This document shows positions 24,261-32,247 of a DNA stretch of 33,731 nt, piece by piece. Positions within the stretch are counted from its first letter, which is position 1, and the number at the start of each line of letters is the position of its first letter. This DNA is from a virus (taxonomy: Duplodnaviria > Caudoviricetes), in the IMG/VR virus record IMGVR_UViG_3300032332_000956, positions 1 to 33,731 of that record. One strand, written 5' to 3'. The position numbers and the translations under genes are program-made. The notes under the pieces are model-generated. The model worked only from the letters and a program-made list of their open reading frames with translations. It did no database searches and was not told where the DNA came from.

Positions 24261-24276
24261 GCGAGGTTAATCTAAT

Positions 24277-24750
24277 ATGATAGATCAGGAAGCAATCGAA
24301 CGAATCCCAGCGGTTATTCCGCATCCAGCAAGCATGATGGACAGCTTGCAAGACTTGGTCTTTGAGTCATGCGATGACCTTAAGATTACGGCCACTACCT
24401 CAACGGTTGCGACTATCACAAAAGTGATAGAGCACCTTATGGATAAGTCTGCCGATCACCCGGCTATGGCCAACCGAACGGACACGCTGGGGCATGCGGT
24501 CTTAAACATATCTCTTAACCGTTCGCCTGAATCTATGACGGCCGTGGCCAAGCGTTACGGCATTACTAAGCAGGCGATCAGCAAGAAAGTCACAGAAGTC
24601 TATGATCGATTGGGTATCCGAGCACGATCGCAGAAAAGCGAGAAGGCCCGCGAGTCCTACCGAAAACGAGCATACCGCGTCCACGCCAAGCGGCGGCGTG
24701 AAGCGCCTAAATTTAATATGGCCGCATTAAAGAAAGGTATTAAGAAATGA
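24277..24750 (+). CDS. HTH protein with sigma-region-4-like helix; candidate late regulator
   Basis: SMTAVAKRYGITKQAISKKVTEVYDRL and basic C-terminus; lies between replication and packaging genes. Confidence 0.55.
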   Translation: MIDQEAIERIPAVIPHPASMMDSLQDLVFESCDDLKITATTSTVATITKVIEHLMDKSADHPAMANRTDTLGHAVLNISLNRSPESMTAVAKRYGITKQAISKKVTEVYDRLGIRARSQKSEKARESYRKRAYRVHAKRRREAPKFNMAALKKGIKK

Positions 24751-25211
24751 AATTACTATCTGTAATAAACAAACTAAACGAAACGCGGGACAAGGCGATA
24801 GAGCTGGTAGGCAGGACTATCTCGCTGGCATCTGACGCCGGCGAGATCATTGCGGTTGCACGCACTGAAGGTAAGGACGTGCAGGCTATATGTGAGGAGG
24901 CAGGGATTACTGAGGAGGTTGGCAAACGATATGAGAAAGTCGCAGCCACTCAGAAGCGACTGAGTAGTGGCGATGCAGATCCAAGCCTTATGCGTCAGAC
25001 TTATCTACGCATCGGCATACTGCCCGACCCTATTACCATGAGTGAGCCAAGCGAACCCAAGCACTTCCTGTTTCCTATTATGAAAGCAAGGCAGTGGCTT
25101 GCGTCGAGAGGCGCAAAATTTATTGCCCAGGATAAGGCGCTGAAGGAGCAATTCCTTGCGGAGGCCGAGCCGATCGTTAAGGCTTACAACGACCTGAGGG
25201 GGGCGGCCTAG
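24747..25211 (+). CDS. Hypothetical protein (DUF3102-like N-terminus)
   Basis: SDAGEIIAVAR...GITEEVGKRYEKVA pattern. Confidence 0.45.
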   Translation: MKLLSVINKLNETRDKAIELVGRTISLASDAGEIIAVARTEGKDVQAICEEAGITEEVGKRYEKVAATQKRLSSGDADPSLMRQTYLRIGILPDPITMSEPSEPKHFLFPIMKARQWLASRGAKFIAQDKALKEQFLAEAEPIVKAYNDLRGAA

Positions 25212-25324
25212 TTAGGCCAGCTTATACAAGTGCCTAAGGAATCTTTTTGCTATTGGCGGGCAAACGGGGTGCTTGCATCTGCCACTTTTTTTTCGAGTGG
25301 TTTGTAAAAACATAGTTAGACCCT

Positions 25325-25816
25325 ATGGGACGCCGACCAAACACCGCAATTCTCGCTCAAGCCGCTGCCACTGGCGTCGGTTTGCGCCAAGCCCGTCGCC
25401 AGCTTGAGAAAGGGCAGGCGATTGCGGCCGCAAAGCCTATGAAGCCGATCGCTGGGATAGGATTAGACGGCGAGATCGATCGACTTGAATCACTGGCGGC
25501 TACACTCGGCGAGGCAGCCAAGGAGGCGAGCGGGCCGGAGCGGTCGTCGCTGATAGGCGATTACACTCGCGTCGTGGAGGCACTGCGAAAAATGAAGGGC
25601 GATCGGCCGGACATCAACGAGGCGGAGGGCAAAATGGTGCCGATCGACGAGGCAGACAAGATACTGGCACGCCGGACTAACGCCCTAATCCCGCTACTGC
25701 TTGGAATGCCCAAACGCCTAGCCCCGATCTGCGCCCACCGGCCAGCCGCCGAGATCCAGAAAGAGGTGGAGAACGAGGTGGGGCAAGTAATGCGACAAGT
25801 GCAGGCAGCGCTGTGA
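25325..25816 (+). CDS. terS: Terminase small subunit
   Basis: N-terminal HTH-like segment, EGKMVPIDEA..LLGMPKRLAP (Nu1-like); coupled to TerL. Confidence 0.75.
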   Translation: MGRRPNTAILAQAAATGVGLRQARRQLEKGQAIAAAKPMKPIAGIGLDGEIDRLESLAATLGEAAKEASGPERSSLIGDYTRVVEALRKMKGDRPDINEAEGKMVPIDEADKILARRTNALIPLLLGMPKRLAPICAHRPAAEIQKEVENEVGQVMRQVQAAL

Positions 25817-27561
25817 AGGCAGCCGAACAGCTACTAAAACGCGAGCGTGATCGCTGGAACTTTGAGCCACCTCCGTTTGTGATCGAGTGGGCCGAAAAAA
25901 ACATCCAGCTAGATAGCAGGATAACTGCTCGCCCAGGTCTTTACTCAACCAAGTACACGCCTTACGTGGCGGGCGTACTGGAAGCTCTGGCCGATCCGGG
26001 CGTCCATACCGTTAGTCTTTGCTGGGGATCGCAGACAGGCAAGACGCTGACTCTGGCCATCTGGCTGGCGTACAGAATCGCAAACGATCCAGCGCCTGCG
26101 CTGCTTGTAATGCCGAACGCGGATCTGGCTAGGAGCTACAGCGAAACGCGACTGACTCCGATCTTTGAGAAGTGCAAGCCGGTGCGGGCGCTGTTCCCAT
26201 ACGACAGCGATGATTTCAAAATCCTAGAGATGCAGTTTACCAGCATGACTCTTAGCCTGGTGGGATCGAATAGCCCGGCCAACATCAGCTCCCGCCCGAT
26301 CTGCATTGCGGTATTGGACGAGCTGGACAAGTTTGCGCCACCGACCGAACGGGAAGCGGCCGCTTACAATCTGGCGTTGGAACGGACAAAGGCTTTCCCC
26401 AACCGCAAGCATGTGTTGACTAGCACTCCAACGTTAAGCACGGGCGATATATGGCAGAACTATCAGGCAGGAACGCAGGAAACTTTCCACGTCCCTTGCC
26501 ACGCTTGCGGCGAAATGCAGGCGATGGAGTTTGGGCAAGTGCGTTGGGCAGATAGCGCACGCAATCCTGACGGCAAATGGGATCTACAGAAAGTGGGTGA
26601 GACGGCCGCCTACCATTGCACAAAGTGTAATGAGCCGTGGACTGAGGGCCACAGGCGCTCAGCCGTTGAGCAGGGCAAGTGGGTTGCCGCAAATCCAAAC
26701 GCAGAACGCGGTAGGCGAAGCATGCGACTGCCTAGCTGGTACTCGCCCACCGTCACTTTCGCCGACTGCGCCAAACAGTTCCTAACTCAAAAGCATTATC
26801 TGCACGGCTTGCAAGGATTCGTGAACGGATGGAGCGCGATGCCGTGGGAAGATCAGTTTGATGACGACAAAACAATCGACATTCCCGCTGGCGCATTTGC
26901 GAAAAAGCAGGACTGGGAAACGGAACATATCAAACTGGCGGCCATAGACAGACAGATCGACGAGTATTGGTTTGTAGTAAGAGCATTCGCCAGGGATGGA
27001 ACGAGCAGACTGATTGACGAAGGCCGAGCACGAACGATCGAGGACGTGGCGCAACATTTGCACGCATTGGGCGTACCGCCAAAGCACACGGCAATGGATA
27101 GCGGATACGAGACGCAAGACTCCTATCGAATCTGTGCACGCTACAAGTGGACTGCGCTAAAGGGCGAAGAACGTCCTGCTTACTGGATCGAAACGCCACG
27201 CGGGCGGATGAAGTCGGTACATTCCGCTGAACAGCCCACTGACGCAGGCTGTATGCTTTTGCTTCTAAGCTCGCCGGCCTGTCAGGACTTGCTGGCATGG
27301 TTGCGGAGAGGGCAGGGGCCACGCTGGGAGATCGCGCATGACGTAAGCGCAGATTATCGGGAGCACATGAGCAGCCACAAAAAGGTGCATCGGATTAACC
27401 GCAAGACAGGGCGCGATCACTACGAATGGATACGAATCAAAAGCAGGCAGGATCACTTATACGATTGCGAAACTTATTTGGCTGGCTTTGCTGTGTACGG
27501 AAAAGTCATTAGGCCAACCGCTTCACTAGATGAAGAATCGTTGACACCCGTGGCGTCGTGA
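25813..27561 (+). CDS. terL: Terminase large subunit, lambda GpA family
   Basis: TPY, GSQTGKT (Walker A), LDELD (Walker B), STPT, CxxC pairs, DHLYDCETY. Confidence 0.95.
   Translation: MKAAEQLLKRERDRWNFEPPPFVIEWAEKNIQLDSRITARPGLYSTKYTPYVAGVLEALADPGVHTVSLCWGSQTGKTLTLAIWLAYRIANDPAPALLVMPNADLARSYSETRLTPIFEKCKPVRALFPYDSDDFKILEMQFTSMTLSLVGSNSPANISSRPICIAVLDELDKFAPPTEREAAAYNLALERTKAFPNRKHVLTSTPTLSTGDIWQNYQAGTQETFHVPCHACGEMQAMEFGQVRWADSARNPDGKWDLQKVGETAAYHCTKCNEPWTEGHRRSAVEQGKWVAANPNAERGRRSMRLPSWYSPTVTFADCAKQFLTQKHYLHGLQGFVNGWSAMPWEDQFDDDKTIDIPAGAFAKKQDWETEHIKLAAIDRQIDEYWFVVRAFARDGTSRLIDEGRARTIEDVAQHLHALGVPPKHTAMDSGYETQDSYRICARYKWTALKGEERPAYWIETPRGRMKSVHSAEQPTDAGCMLLLLSSPACQDLLAWLRRGQGPRWEIAHDVSADYREHMSSHKKVHRINRKTGRDHYEWIRIKSRQDHLYDCETYLAGFAVYGKVIRPTASLDEESLTPVAS
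27541..27547 (+). promoter_or_regulatory. TTGACAC late-gene upstream motif (14 nt to ATG 27561)
   Basis: Recurring motif, embedded in the terL 3' end. Confidence 0.65.
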
Positions 27562-27854
27562 TGGCTATTTCCCGCAGACTCACGCGGGCAGTTGCGACGA
27601 ACTACCTGGCACAAGCCTCCGGAGTTACCGCAAGCGCCCTGACTAACCTTGCCACTGACCGCAATGCGGCAATGACGGGCGCAGCATCAGGCCGTGCCCT
27701 AGTCGGATCTTCAGCGGGCGGGCAATCGGCCAGCTTCCAGATCGATCTTAAACCGACCGAACGGGTTGAGCTATTTCAGGCCGCAATCGATTACCTAAAC
27801 GGCGTACAGGTCACACGCACTAGCGCCTCATTTTCTTACATTTTGGATAGCTAA
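27558..27854 (+). CDS. Putative head-tail adaptor (gpW position)
   Basis: Between terL and portal as in lambda; SSAGGQSASF hairpin. Confidence 0.55.
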   Translation: MMAISRRLTRAVATNYLAQASGVTASALTNLATDRNAAMTGAASGRALVGSSAGGQSASFQIDLKPTERVELFQAAIDYLNGVQVTRTSASFSYILDS

Positions 27855-27856
27855 TT

Positions 27857-29494
27857 ATGGCGCAGAAACTTTCACTCGTGGCCCGGATGGGCGCAGGGAT
27901 CAAAGCGTTCGGCGCTGGATTTGGCGCAGGCATTAGCACGTTCCAGCCTTACGAAGGCGCAGGCTTTTCTCGGAAGCGTCCCGTCATCTATGGCGCTCAT
28001 GCCCGCGATTCACGGCTAGATCTAAACGAAGCGACACGGGTTGAACTGCTCAAGCTCGCCCGGCATATGTACCGCAACGTTGGGCTAATCAAAGGGGCGG
28101 TAGATTCCATTGCTACCTATTCCATCGGCCCAGGGTTACGCCCACAATATCGCGGGGCAGATCAAGATTTCGGCAGACTGTGCGAGGAATACTGGCGAGA
28201 CGTGGTGGTGCCGTCGCCAGAGGTTACCGGCCGGATGACGTGGACGGATATGCTGCTGGCGCTATCTCGATCGATCGACGTGGACGGCGACGTGTTTGTC
28301 ATTATGACGGAAAAGGGGAAGCTACAAATTGTCGAAGGTCACCGCGTTTGTGAGGGCGAAGATTACGGAACATCAGACGGCGTGTTCCTCGGCAAGCTTG
28401 GCGAGCCTACTGGATATTTAGTTCAGACGGGCGAGCTGTACCGTAAGTTGGGCGCAGATACCGTCATTCATTTAATGGAGCTGGAACGGCCCGATCAGAT
28501 TCGTGGCGGCTCTTCACTCGCCCGCGCTCTTAACCACGTTCGTGATTTAAAAATGCTGGGCGAGTTTGAGAAGGACGCATTGAAATTGCAGGGATCGATT
28601 GCCGCCGTGATCACCACCGACCAAGGCGACGAGCTGGCCGGGCAGGGTGGATTCTTTGGAACCGTGCAGGCTCAAGACACTGGCGAGCCAACCATTGCCC
28701 GCGAGGAGATTACTAGCTCGGCCACCATCCCGCGCCTTTCACCTGGCGAAAAGATTGAGATGATTGGGCCTAATCGGCCCCACGCAGGCTTTGAGCCGTT
28801 CGCCAAGTTTCTGATTCGTGATGTGGCTATGGGCCTAGGCTTGCCTGTTGAATTTGTGTACGACCCAGCAAGCGTCGGCGGGGCAGGGATGCGGTTTATT
28901 GTAGCAAAAGCCCAGCGTAGATTTGAGCAACGGCAACGCTTACTCATCGATAGATTTTGTAATCGTGCATGGCGCTACTTTATCGGCGGTGCAATCGCTA
29001 ACGGTGATCTACCCGCGATTGAGGACTACGCAAAGGTTACGTGGCAGACTCCGAAGTCGCTGACTGTGGACGCAGGTAGAGAGGCACAGCAGGAACGGGA
29101 GAACTATAAAGCGGGGCTATCTTGCCTTCAAAGCTACTACGGAGAGCTCGGCCTTGATTGGGAAGAGCAAGTCAGGCAAATCGCTAAAGAGCGTGAATTT
29201 ATTGCATCTATTGGAACCGTGACTCCACAGACCGACGTCGCGGCCCCTGTGGAAGTAGTCAAAGAAGCACCCGCAATCGACGAACCCACGCCCGTCAATC
29301 CCGAGAAAGACCCGAACGCTGGGCCAGATGCGGAGCTATCGGCTAAACCCAAAGAAATCGTTAATGAAGTATTGTCGGAATCCTTCACAATGAAGGACGA
29401 TCCAGACTTCAACCTCTCCTCTAAAGAGCTGGATATGGTTGCCAAGGCCGTCGGGTTAAAAGATAAGAAACCAAGAACTAGCAAAAGAAAATAG
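27857..29494 (+). CDS. Portal protein, lambda family
   Basis: ARHMYRN, DGDVF, VIHL.ERPDQIRG, IRDVAMGLGLP, VDAGRE, EEQVRQIAKERE. Confidence 0.93.
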   Translation: MAQKLSLVARMGAGIKAFGAGFGAGISTFQPYEGAGFSRKRPVIYGAHARDSRLDLNEATRVELLKLARHMYRNVGLIKGAVDSIATYSIGPGLRPQYRGADQDFGRLCEEYWRDVVVPSPEVTGRMTWTDMLLALSRSIDVDGDVFVIMTEKGKLQIVEGHRVCEGEDYGTSDGVFLGKLGEPTGYLVQTGELYRKLGADTVIHLMELERPDQIRGGSSLARALNHVRDLKMLGEFEKDALKLQGSIAAVITTDQGDELAGQGGFFGTVQAQDTGEPTIAREEITSSATIPRLSPGEKIEMIGPNRPHAGFEPFAKFLIRDVAMGLGLPVEFVYDPASVGGAGMRFIVAKAQRRFEQRQRLLIDRFCNRAWRYFIGGAIANGDLPAIEDYAKVTWQTPKSLTVDAGREAQQERENYKAGLSCLQSYYGELGLDWEEQVRQIAKEREFIASIGTVTPQTDVAAPVEVVKEAPAIDEPTPVNPEKDPNAGPDAELSAKPKEIVNEVLSESFTMKDDPDFNLSSKELDMVAKAVGLKDKKPRTSKRK

Positions 29495-29522
29495 TTGTAC
29501 GCACAGCAGTTGCCCATACGAT
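29495..29522 (+). promoter_or_regulatory. Sigma70-type leaderless promoter of the moron
   Basis: TTGTAC-16-TACGAT-6-GTG(29529). Confidence 0.55.
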
Positions 29523-29528
29523 TAGGGC

Positions 29529-30032
29529 GTGGACGATAGCGCACCAGATACAAGCTCAGTTTATTTTGATGACGGATCGATCAGCGTAATTGGTCGAGTT
29601 ATCAATGTGGGCCATCCCTATAATCAAACATACAACCTGGCATCCATTGTCGGCACTGCCCACGGCTGTGAGAACATGGGGCTGGGTAGCGTTATGTGGT
29701 GTTTCCTAAGTGCGTTCGGAATCTTGTTCGGAGTTGTTGCATGCCGAACAAGCCCCGTGCTTGGCGTAACTATTGCGTGCATGTCGATTGCTATCCTTTG
29801 GAAAATCATTCAAGGATCTTGCCGCCCTTACGTTGAGCTGAAATTTGGCGGCCTAAACAATCAAATTCTGTACATGAAAAAAACCGAACAAGCCGCCCAT
29901 TTGGCTTATGCCATCAATAAGGCAATTCATGACATGCACACACCACCCGAGCCTGGGCAGCCTGTCTACAACCCCATTTTTCCAGAACCTACAAACCCTG
30001 CTTCTCAAAGACCAATTTTTAGCCGGAACTAA
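29529..30032 (+). CDS. Moron: two-TM membrane protein (DUF6232-like)
   Basis: YFDDGSISV..QTYNLASI N-terminus, two hydrophobic helices, Pro-rich tail. Confidence 0.6.
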   Translation: MDDSAPDTSSVYFDDGSISVIGRVINVGHPYNQTYNLASIVGTAHGCENMGLGSVMWCFLSAFGILFGVVACRTSPVLGVTIACMSIAILWKIIQGSCRPYVELKFGGLNNQILYMKKTEQAAHLAYAINKAIHDMHTPPEPGQPVYNPIFPEPTNPASQRPIFSRN

Positions 30033-30033
30033 T

Positions 30034-30040
30034 TTGACAC
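30034..30040 (+). promoter_or_regulatory. TTGACAC late-gene upstream motif (13 nt to ATG 30053)
   Basis: Recurring motif. Confidence 0.7.
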
Positions 30041-30052
30041 CTGTTGGCCAGC

Positions 30053-30967
30053 ATGGCCAACAAACTCAAAAACGTATCAATTCTCACCATCGGGGAAGCC
30101 CGTGGGCATAACCTTTTAATCGACGAAAAGTCGTTAGAGCAGGCGCTGGCCGTAGCGCAATCCATGAAGCGGATCAAAGTCACCATGGGCCACGGTGCAC
30201 CCGTTACTGGAATCCTTGGATATATTGACGGGTTTAGAATTGAAGGCGACCGGCTCATGGGCGATCTGACTCTGTTTAATACTAACGAGGCACAGTTCGT
30301 TCAACACCTGGCGCAAGTGTTGCCAGAAGGCTTTGGAATGTCTCTCACCTTTAGCGGCGTACCCGAGGAGGTTGCAGGCAATCGCTTTGCACGGGTAACC
30401 GAGATCTACGATTGCTCGATCGTTTCCGAACCTGCTGCAAATCCTGCAGGTATGTTTTCTGCTTTCTCAACAGTTGACATGAAAAAACTTCAAATGAACG
30501 AAGCACCTGTCGAAGTCAAAAAAGAGCTTAGCGAACCTGCCGTCGTGGCAGCTCCCGCACTCGAAGCTCCTGCCGTTGAAACTCCCGCAGTTGTCGAAGC
30601 ACCGAAAGCCGAACTGGCCGAAGTGCCCGCCGACAAGCCTGCGGAAAAAATGGCAGAACCTACTTTGACCGATATCGCTGGGATGCTTGCAGAATTACTT
30701 GCTCTTATGAAAGCGGATGCAACTCAGGACGTGACTGAAGCTCCTGCAGCTTCCGCCGAAGACATGGCCAAACCTTACGGAATGAGCGCCAAGTCTGACG
30801 AAAAAACTTCTATCACTTTGGAAAAAGCCAAGGCCGACGCTGCTGGCGCAGTGGCGGTTCCCGCTGAATCGAGCCAACCGCTCGGCCGGGCAGAAATCCT
30901 CAATCAATTCAACGCGGAAAAGAATCCGGCCCGTCGGTCGGAACTGCTCCGCAAACTCGGACTGTAA
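30053..30967 (+). CDS. Prohead protease-scaffold fusion
   Basis: MGH, GFGMS, SIVSEPAANPAGMF protease-like N-half; Ala/Glu/Pro-rich C-half; directly precedes the capsid gene. Confidence 0.75.
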   Translation: MANKLKNVSILTIGEARGHNLLIDEKSLEQALAVAQSMKRIKVTMGHGAPVTGILGYIDGFRIEGDRLMGDLTLFNTNEAQFVQHLAQVLPEGFGMSLTFSGVPEEVAGNRFARVTEIYDCSIVSEPAANPAGMFSAFSTVDMKKLQMNEAPVEVKKELSEPAVVAAPALEAPAVETPAVVEAPKAELAEVPADKPAEKMAEPTLTDIAGMLAELLALMKADATQDVTEAPAASAEDMAKPYGMSAKSDEKTSITLEKAKADAAGAVAVPAESSQPLGRAEILNQFNAEKNPARRSELLRKLGL

Positions 30968-30992
30968 TCCAGTCCACTAGGAGAACACTACA

Positions 30993-31883
30993 ATGGCCAA
31001 CTCAATCGGAACAACGAATGCCAATGTAATCGCTCAGAGGGCTCTCGAGATCCTCGTGGCGGATTACAGCTTCCTGAAGAACTCCGTCACGGATTTCAGC
31101 AGCGAAGCGGCTAAATACAACGCCTCGATCTACACCCACCGCATCTCTGCGACGACCGCCCAGGACTACTCCCAGGCTAACGGTTACGTAGCATCTGCGA
31201 CCACTCAGACAGACGTGCAGATCACTCTCAACAAGTTCAAGCACGTTTCGTACTCTGTGGACGATCAAGAGCGCACCAGCTCCAACATCAACCTGATCGA
31301 GCGTTTCGCCGGCGCAGCCGCGCACGCGCTCGGATTGCAGATGGTTGGAGATTTGCTCGCTCTCGTGACTTCCTCCACCTTCACCAGCGCATTGACGGTT
31401 GCTTCCAGCGCCTTCTCCTACCGCTCGGTAGTGTCGGCCGGAATCACCCTCAACAACAACAACGCCCCGGTCAACGGCCGGTACGCAGTTCTTAATCCCA
31501 GCTTCTACGGCGCTCTCTTGAACGACAGCACCGTGGTGGCCAATCCCCAGATCACTGGCGACCTCGTTCGCACGGCTGGGATCGGCAACGTGGCTGGATT
31601 CAACATTAACCAGTACAGCGCAGTGCCTTCCAACAGCATCACGCTCGGCGGATTCTTCGCCCAGCAGGAAGCCTTGTTGATTGCGGCCCGTGTTCCTGAA
31701 GTTCCGACCGGCGTTCCCATCCCTGGGGACATCTCGGTTGTGACGGAACCCCGCACTGGCCTATCCGTCCAAGTTCGTGAGAACTACGACGTGGTCAAGG
31801 GCCAGCTGCAACGCACCTACGCTCTGATCTACGGCGTGAAAGCCGGAGAGCCGAACAGCCTCGTGCGTATCAACGGTAGCTAA
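30993..31883 (+). CDS. Major capsid protein (HK97 fold, P22-coat-like)
   Basis: AGGAG RBS; ITLNKFKHVSYSVDD, GRYAVLNP, GNVAGFNI, LIYGVK; strongly biased codons; followed by a strong hairpin. Confidence 0.88.
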   Translation: MANSIGTTNANVIAQRALEILVADYSFLKNSVTDFSSEAAKYNASIYTHRISATTAQDYSQANGYVASATTQTDVQITLNKFKHVSYSVDDQERTSSNINLIERFAGAAAHALGLQMVGDLLALVTSSTFTSALTVASSAFSYRSVVSAGITLNNNNAPVNGRYAVLNPSFYGALLNDSTVVANPQITGDLVRTAGIGNVAGFNINQYSAVPSNSITLGGFFAQQEALLIAARVPEVPTGVPIPGDISVVTEPRTGLSVQVRENYDVVKGQLQRTYALIYGVKAGEPNSLVRINGS

Positions 31884-31890
31884 TTCACTC

Positions 31891-31933
31891 GGGGAGGGCG
31901 GTGGGCTGAAAGGCTCACCGCCCTTTCCACTTT
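31891..31933 (+). terminator. Hairpin/terminator after the major capsid gene
   Basis: GGGGAGGGCGGTGGGCT-GAAA-GGCTCACCGCCCTTTCC then ACTTT. Confidence 0.7.
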
Positions 31934-31946
31934 AAGAAATCCTCAC

Positions 31947-32246
31947 ATGTCCGAATTTACAGAAGCACTTAAGGAAAGTCTGGCCGCCCTTTATACTCAA
32001 ACTGGAACAGCGGCCACCATTGGTTCTACTTCAGTCACCGGCATTCTCTCTACTGTTACCCGCAAAGAAAACGTGGATCTTGGCGGGTATGATCTGGATC
32101 TAAACTCCACCTTTACCATCGACGTGGCAAACCTGGCCACAGCTCCCACGATCGGATCTATTCTGCTGGCTAACTCGGTCAGTTATCGGGTGGCGTCGAT
32201 TGATACTTCTATCGGTAGTTACGTGCTTGGGTTGCGAGAGGTTTAG
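31947..32246 (+). CDS. Head-tail joining/closure protein (gpFII-like)
   Basis: 99 aa, beta-rich, PTIGSIL...YRVASI; directly after the capsid gene. Confidence 0.6.
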   Translation: MSEFTEALKESLAALYTQTGTAATIGSTSVTGILSTVTRKENVDLGGYDLDLNSTFTIDVANLATAPTIGSILLANSVSYRVASIDTSIGSYVLGLREV

Positions 32247-32247
32247 A

